DNA of 53,137 nucleotides, the filler included, from Sphacelaria rigidula (Eukaryota): the NCBI GenBank assembly GCA_964200075.2. It is 2 parts of 2 records of this genome, joined end to end, with 100 filler letters (N's around TTAATTAATTAA, not from the genome) between each part and the next. Parts side by side here need not be neighbours in the genome. Positions count along the whole stretch, not along the records: positions 26,632 to 53,137 come from CAXNAA020000136.1; 1 more part is not named here. One strand, 5' to 3'. Below are positions 48,901 through 53,137 of the stretch, piece by piece. Position numbers and translations under genes: made by a program. Every line of letters starts with the position of its first letter. Position 1 is the stretch's first letter. Below the pieces are notes generated by a model. It did no database searches. It saw only the letters and a list, made by a program, of their open reading frames with translations, and had not been told where the DNA came from.

Positions 48901-51900
48901 GGAGGGGGGAATGATTCTGCTTGATGAGTTGTCTCTAGCTGAAGATGCGGTGTTGGAACGATTGAATTCGGTGTTGGAGCCGGGTCGGTCGATCACCCTG
49001 GCTGAGAAGGGTGGACAGGCTTCCGTCGGGGGACAGGCCGCTGCGGAGACTGTTGTTGCTGCACCTGGATTCAGGTGTGCGAAGACCATGCAGGCACAGC
49101 TCGCATGCATGATGATTGTGCCCCCATTCATGTAGGCGTTTGATCTTCGTCATATGTCGCTCACGCAGCTTCGTCTCAAGCCGTCGGGTCTTTCCGCCCA
49201 CATGCCGTTAAATTTCCTGGTTCGTTTGTTGTTTTGTGATTGATCAGAGTAATGGCAACGATGAACCCTGGGGGTGATTTTGGCAAACGAGAGCTCTCAC
49301 CCGCTCTTCGATCAAGGTTCACTGAGGTACGGAACTCAATGATCGTACTTTAGACTGCTTATCACTTCGCGATCCATATGTGCTGATTTCGAGGGACGGT
49401 GGGTGACGACAAAAGACGGAGTGGACGCATATTTAACACTGGTCAGTTTGAAGTGATGCAGCGCCTTTCATCAGTGTGACCACGGCTTGATCCCCACACG
49501 ATCGGTCAACGGTGATGGAATCAATCCAGTGTGTGACTGAAAACCACGGAAGCCTGACCTTGTTGTGTCACGATCGATTATTTCCCGCGAATATGATCCA
49601 GGTGTGGGTTCCGGCGTTGTCTGAACGGGAAGACATGGAAGGTGTTGTCCAAAAAGCGTTCCGATTTGAACGGCTGGGCGAGTATACACAATATGACGAG
49701 CTGGCACAAATGGCTGGCCCCATGCTTGACTTCGCCTGGTGGTTCAACAACAGGGTAAGGCTGTATCCGCTGCCCGCGCTTGTCACTTACTCTCGAGCGC
49801 TTTCGCGTGGCGACGAGTTTTACTTCCTGATTGAGCTTTGTTTTGACGTTGGGGAGGTCTCTAACATGGCCTTCCTATCTCGTGACCAAGGCTGTGCCCC
49901 TCGGTGATCACATTTTTTGTACGGTTTCGCCCTGTGCTTGAATCCAGAATATTTTCGGCACACGACCTTTCTTCCGTACGAACACTCTCGAGCACGCTGT
50001 CGCGAGTGTTGGCATACCGGCATAGGGTAAGGGTACCCGGACCTCCATCAACACTTTACTCATTCGAAATTTACATTCATCGCCCACTCCCGTACCGTCG
50101 TATGCTGAGCAGGCCTCGAGCAGATATGGCGGCAGGAGTGGCGTGTCCTTGTCCGTGAGAGACCTTTTGTCATGGGCCGGGTTCATCACCAGCTCTTTGA
50201 ACGAGAGATCATCCGGTCACTCAGCAAGTGTCCAACCCATGAAACATGATGGTGACAGCCGGGTGCTTCTGCCCTGGGAAGCCTATGTGCACGGTGCAGC
50301 TCTGGTACTCCTTGATGGGATCGGTCTTGGAGCGGGACTTTCACCCGCCTCTGTGTCAAGGCTGAGAGAAGAGTGTGGGAAAATGCTTGCTGAACAGGTG
50401 ATACTCGCAACTAAGATTTTCGCCTTACTGCGGCTTGTCGGGCATGTTCATCGCCCTCTACGTCGTGAAAGAGGACCCTGGCAATGCATATATATACATA
50501 TTTCATGACCTTATGGAGTAGATCGACGCTCCGTTTTCAGCCGTATTCACAGTGCGGGCAGCAACAGCTCAGTCTGATCCGATCAGTTAACCCCGCTCTC
50601 TGATGATACAGATTCCCGAGTGTGAGGAGAAATCGTCGGCATTGGCGCAGCTGAGGCGAGACTCCAATTCCCACCAGTCTGCCCTTCAGATCAAGTTCAT
50701 GTTCAAAAAAGCGACCTCGGTGGAGAAACATGAGGATGGTACCATGGTTTGCAGCACCGAGGAAGTCTCCACGCCGGCCTTGATGGAATTCGGAGCACCA
50801 CCGTTTTTCACGCCATGCGGTCCACACGTCAGAGTCGGATCAGGGAGAGATGAATCTAAATTTGATTTTTCGCTCCAAGCACCCACTACATCGAGGAACT
50901 TGTATCGGGTTCTCCGCGCCTTACAGGTAATCCGTCGGGGGTCGACAGAGTTATGGTTGCGCACTTGGCCCCGAGCATTTCATGGGTTCCAAAAAAGTTG
51001 CAGGGCGACACGCTACACTGCTATTAAACTTGCTCAAGTGAGGAGGGCGCCTTGATCTTCGTGTGGAGGGTACTAGGAAAAACACTGTTGACATTGATTC
51101 CTGCATCCGGAGTCACCTGAAAAAAATGGGTTGACGTCTAGTGGGCTTGTATCGTGCTGACTTCAAGCGAGACCTGTCCTCTCTCATTTTTGACTTCAGG
51201 TTCAAAAAGCTGTTCTTCTCGAGGGGAGTCCTGGGGTGGGCAAGACTAGCCTCCTCGCTGCACTCGCAGCAAAGACAGGGCATGAGGTATGTCATGATTG
51301 TTGCAGCCTGCGGTGGGTTCGAGTGAGGATACTTGTACTGAACCATGTGACGATCGCGGATCCGTGCATACGTTTCACTACGGATGTAGAATTCACAAGT
51401 GGACCTTTGACGTGTCGACCGAGGGAGCCACGGTGATGGCATGAATGAATACGAATTCTGCACACAACGATGTTGATGATATTACTTTTGTGCTGAGTGG
51501 CATCTTCTCGGTCTCACAGTGTATGATACGGTGTTCGATCCAGGTGTGTAATCACGACGGCTGCGTTGGTGATTGGTTTGGTATACTTCAATCGCAATTC
51601 TCATGCGTAGGGTATTATCGGCAGATGAAAGCAGTGAGAAGCTGTCGTCATCGTCGTTTGTCACTGTCGGTATCGTTGTCGCTGTGTTGACCCCAAGAAA
51701 TCGTGTGATTTATACCTGATTAGAATGCTTTGCTTCGACACAGGATACTTTCTCCCCTTGAGGTGTCTCGTAATCAATTTGATGGTCGTGGTGAACTCCC
51801 GTGAAGTTCATCGATGGTGCCGATGAGGGTTTATGTAAAACTATTGTTTTCCCGTCACAACCCACTGAAAATCTGCAGCTCGTGCGCATCAACCTGTCGG

Positions 51901-53064
51901 AGCAAACGGATATTTCGGATTTGTTCGGATCGGATCTCCCAGTGGCCGACACGACCGACAGTCAAGTTGCCACCGACGGAAGTAGTATCGAAGAAGAGAC
52001 GTTGCAGGAAGGTGTGGACGGGGGATCCGGCGGTACACGCTTTGCGTGGTGTGATGGAGTGTTTCTGAGAGCGCTCAAGGAGGGCAAGTGGGTGCTGCTT
52101 GACGAGCTCAATTTGGCGACACAGGTGACTACAGAAGAATACACAGCACTTGGACGGCGTGGTACGAAGCGTTGAGGCGGAACCCCGTACCTTTTTCAAG
52201 GGCCCAGTGTTGGCGCAGCGTAGATGAGATACTCTGGCTGCCGCGATGTGAAGATAGCTTTCATCTCCAGTCGTCAATCACTTGCTTCGACCTAAATAGC
52301 TGACGTCGCCGTTTCCCACCGTGCATCCCTGTGCAGAGCGTCCTGGAGGGGCTTAATGCTTGCCTTGACCACCGTGCTGAAGTGTACATACCCGAGCTTG
52401 GGAAGTCGTTCCACTGCCCGCCAACCTTCAGGGTATTCGCAGCGCAAAATCCTCTGGGGCAGGGGGGTGGCCGGAAAGGATTACCGAGGTCATTCTTGAG
52501 CCGTTTCACCAAGGTGAGAACAGAGAACGGCCACTGAATGACCCACCAAGGAAGGTGGTACGCCACCTCGTCTGTGATGTTCCGAGCAGTTTCCTGGCAA
52601 CTTGGAAACTTTGTTGATGCTTTCTTGTAGTACCGTGCCACAGGTTGCCGGTGAGAGCGATGAGTCAAGCTTGAAGTAGTGTTGTAAACTGGAACTGCAC
52701 GCGGCTGGCCTTGTGCGAAAAACGGTGCGGGTCTTGTGCTGTATATTTCACGACGCCGAAAGTGCGTCGGTGTGGCGGAAGTTGTGAACCATTTTCTTCT
52801 CTCATGACGTCTCGCAGTGAAGAGGCAAACCCGCTACGCCATGTGTTTCATCGTGAACGCGCGACAGGTGTTCGTGGATCCCCTGACACCCCAAGATTTA
52901 CTGTACATCGCGGCAAACAGGTTCCCGGCGTTATCACGAGCCGGAGCCCCCCATCGTGCAGATTCCATGGCCGATGATGCCGGAGACGACTATTCTGTAG
53001 TCAACGGCGAAGCCGTGGCGACTGAGGGGGCATCGTTACTTGCGCGCATGATCGACTTCAACAG
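27984..53064 (+). CDS. MDN1: Midasin (Rea1) AAA+ ATPase, pre-60S ribosome maturation factor; 5' part, 33 exons, continues beyond the window
   Basis: Exons: 27984-28434, 29426-30522, 30759-30929, 31136-31570, 31861-32013, 32372-32476, 32838-32990, 33776-33931, 34903-35072, 35494-35635, 36251-36390, 37092-37286, 37632-37742, 38289-38495, 38677-38772, 39350-39494, 42740-42811, 43564-43737, 44131-44241, 44401-44516, 45526-45598, 45765-45958, 47056-47184, 47430-47661, 48383-49074, 49248-49326, 49602-49754, 50113-50397, 50612-50926, 51200-51286, 51879-52124, 52337-52513, 52868-53064; all GT-AG with matching phase. Five tandem AAA modules: GPAGSGKS/WVLIEDVD, GETGCGKT/WVLLDEINLA, GPTSAGKT/WIILDELNLA, GETGCGKT/ILLDELSLAEDAVLERLNSVLE, GSPGVGKT/WVLLDELNLA. 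Midasin hallmarks present: RINNHEHTDIQEY, FATQNPPGAYGGRKPLSRAFRNRF, ATMNPGGDFGKRELSPALRSRFTE, FAAQNPLGQGGGRKGLPRSFLSRF. Confidence 0.97.
33242..33442. repeat. Interspersed ~190-bp repeat, copy 1 (midasin intron 7)
   Basis: Highly similar to 43046-43238: aaagcacta.taatccctcgccacgacttgattt...tggttgagggcccgggcggatcactttgtccctcag...acagcccccagctgcgggatcattgtatcgtcc...cgactcgtgagc. Confidence 0.92.
39750..42420. repeat. Degenerate modular repeat filling most of midasin intron 16 (probable TE or gene relic)
   Basis: ~290-bp blocks at ~39800 and ~40410 are homologous. Their leading motif gtcga..tga.ga.aa.....agacctgttc recurs at ~40954 and ~41340. A second ~95-bp module (gatgaga....cttctttccccata.ga.cgaccatg...cgaaagagccggccc.gacaagccagag) occurs at ~41605, ~42040 and ~42285. 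Confidence 0.75.
43046..43238. repeat. Interspersed ~190-bp repeat, copy 2 (midasin intron 17)
   Basis: Same orientation as copy 1 and highly similar to it. It is followed by a ~25-bp tandem duplication (cgtga.cctttgctctagtct). Confidence 0.92.
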
Positions 53065-53137
53065 GTGTGGCAAACCCCCCCCCCCCCCCCCCCCCCGCCC
53101 CCCCCCCCCCGCCCCCCCCCCCCCCCCCGCCTCCCGC

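Noticed and set aside
30552..52537. Multiple separate MoxR/dynein-like AAA ATPase genes
   Set aside because: The fragments splice in order and in phase into one midasin reading frame.

Overview
Eukaryotic, intron-rich genomic DNA of roughly 50% GC. It is probably a stramenopile such as a brown alga; this is inferred from intron size and density and from recalled gene families. The right half (27984 to the end) is the 5' part of a midasin/Rea1 (MDN1) gene, which I could reconstruct as 33 phase-consistent GT-AG exons covering AAA+ domains D1-D5. The left half holds three genes or gene parts: a 4-exon minus-strand hypothetical gene, a >=14-exon plus-strand gene encoding a coiled-coil/TRAF-type Zn finger/SAM protein, and an apparently orphan last exon of a sulfotransferase-like gene. 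It also holds a decayed minus-strand Ty3/gypsy element with a recognisable 3' LTR, PPT and an 88-bp tandem array, a short PPT+LTR remnant, two long foldback structures, 206-bp and 41-bp tandem repeats, and an artificial N/TTAATTAATTAA/N join. Midasin introns carry two copies of a ~190-bp repeat and a 2.7-kb modular relic. I found no CRISPR array, rRNA or tRNA. Nothing here is demonstrably a new system; the foldbacks and the intronic repeats are the best leads. All models were read by eye without alignment tools.
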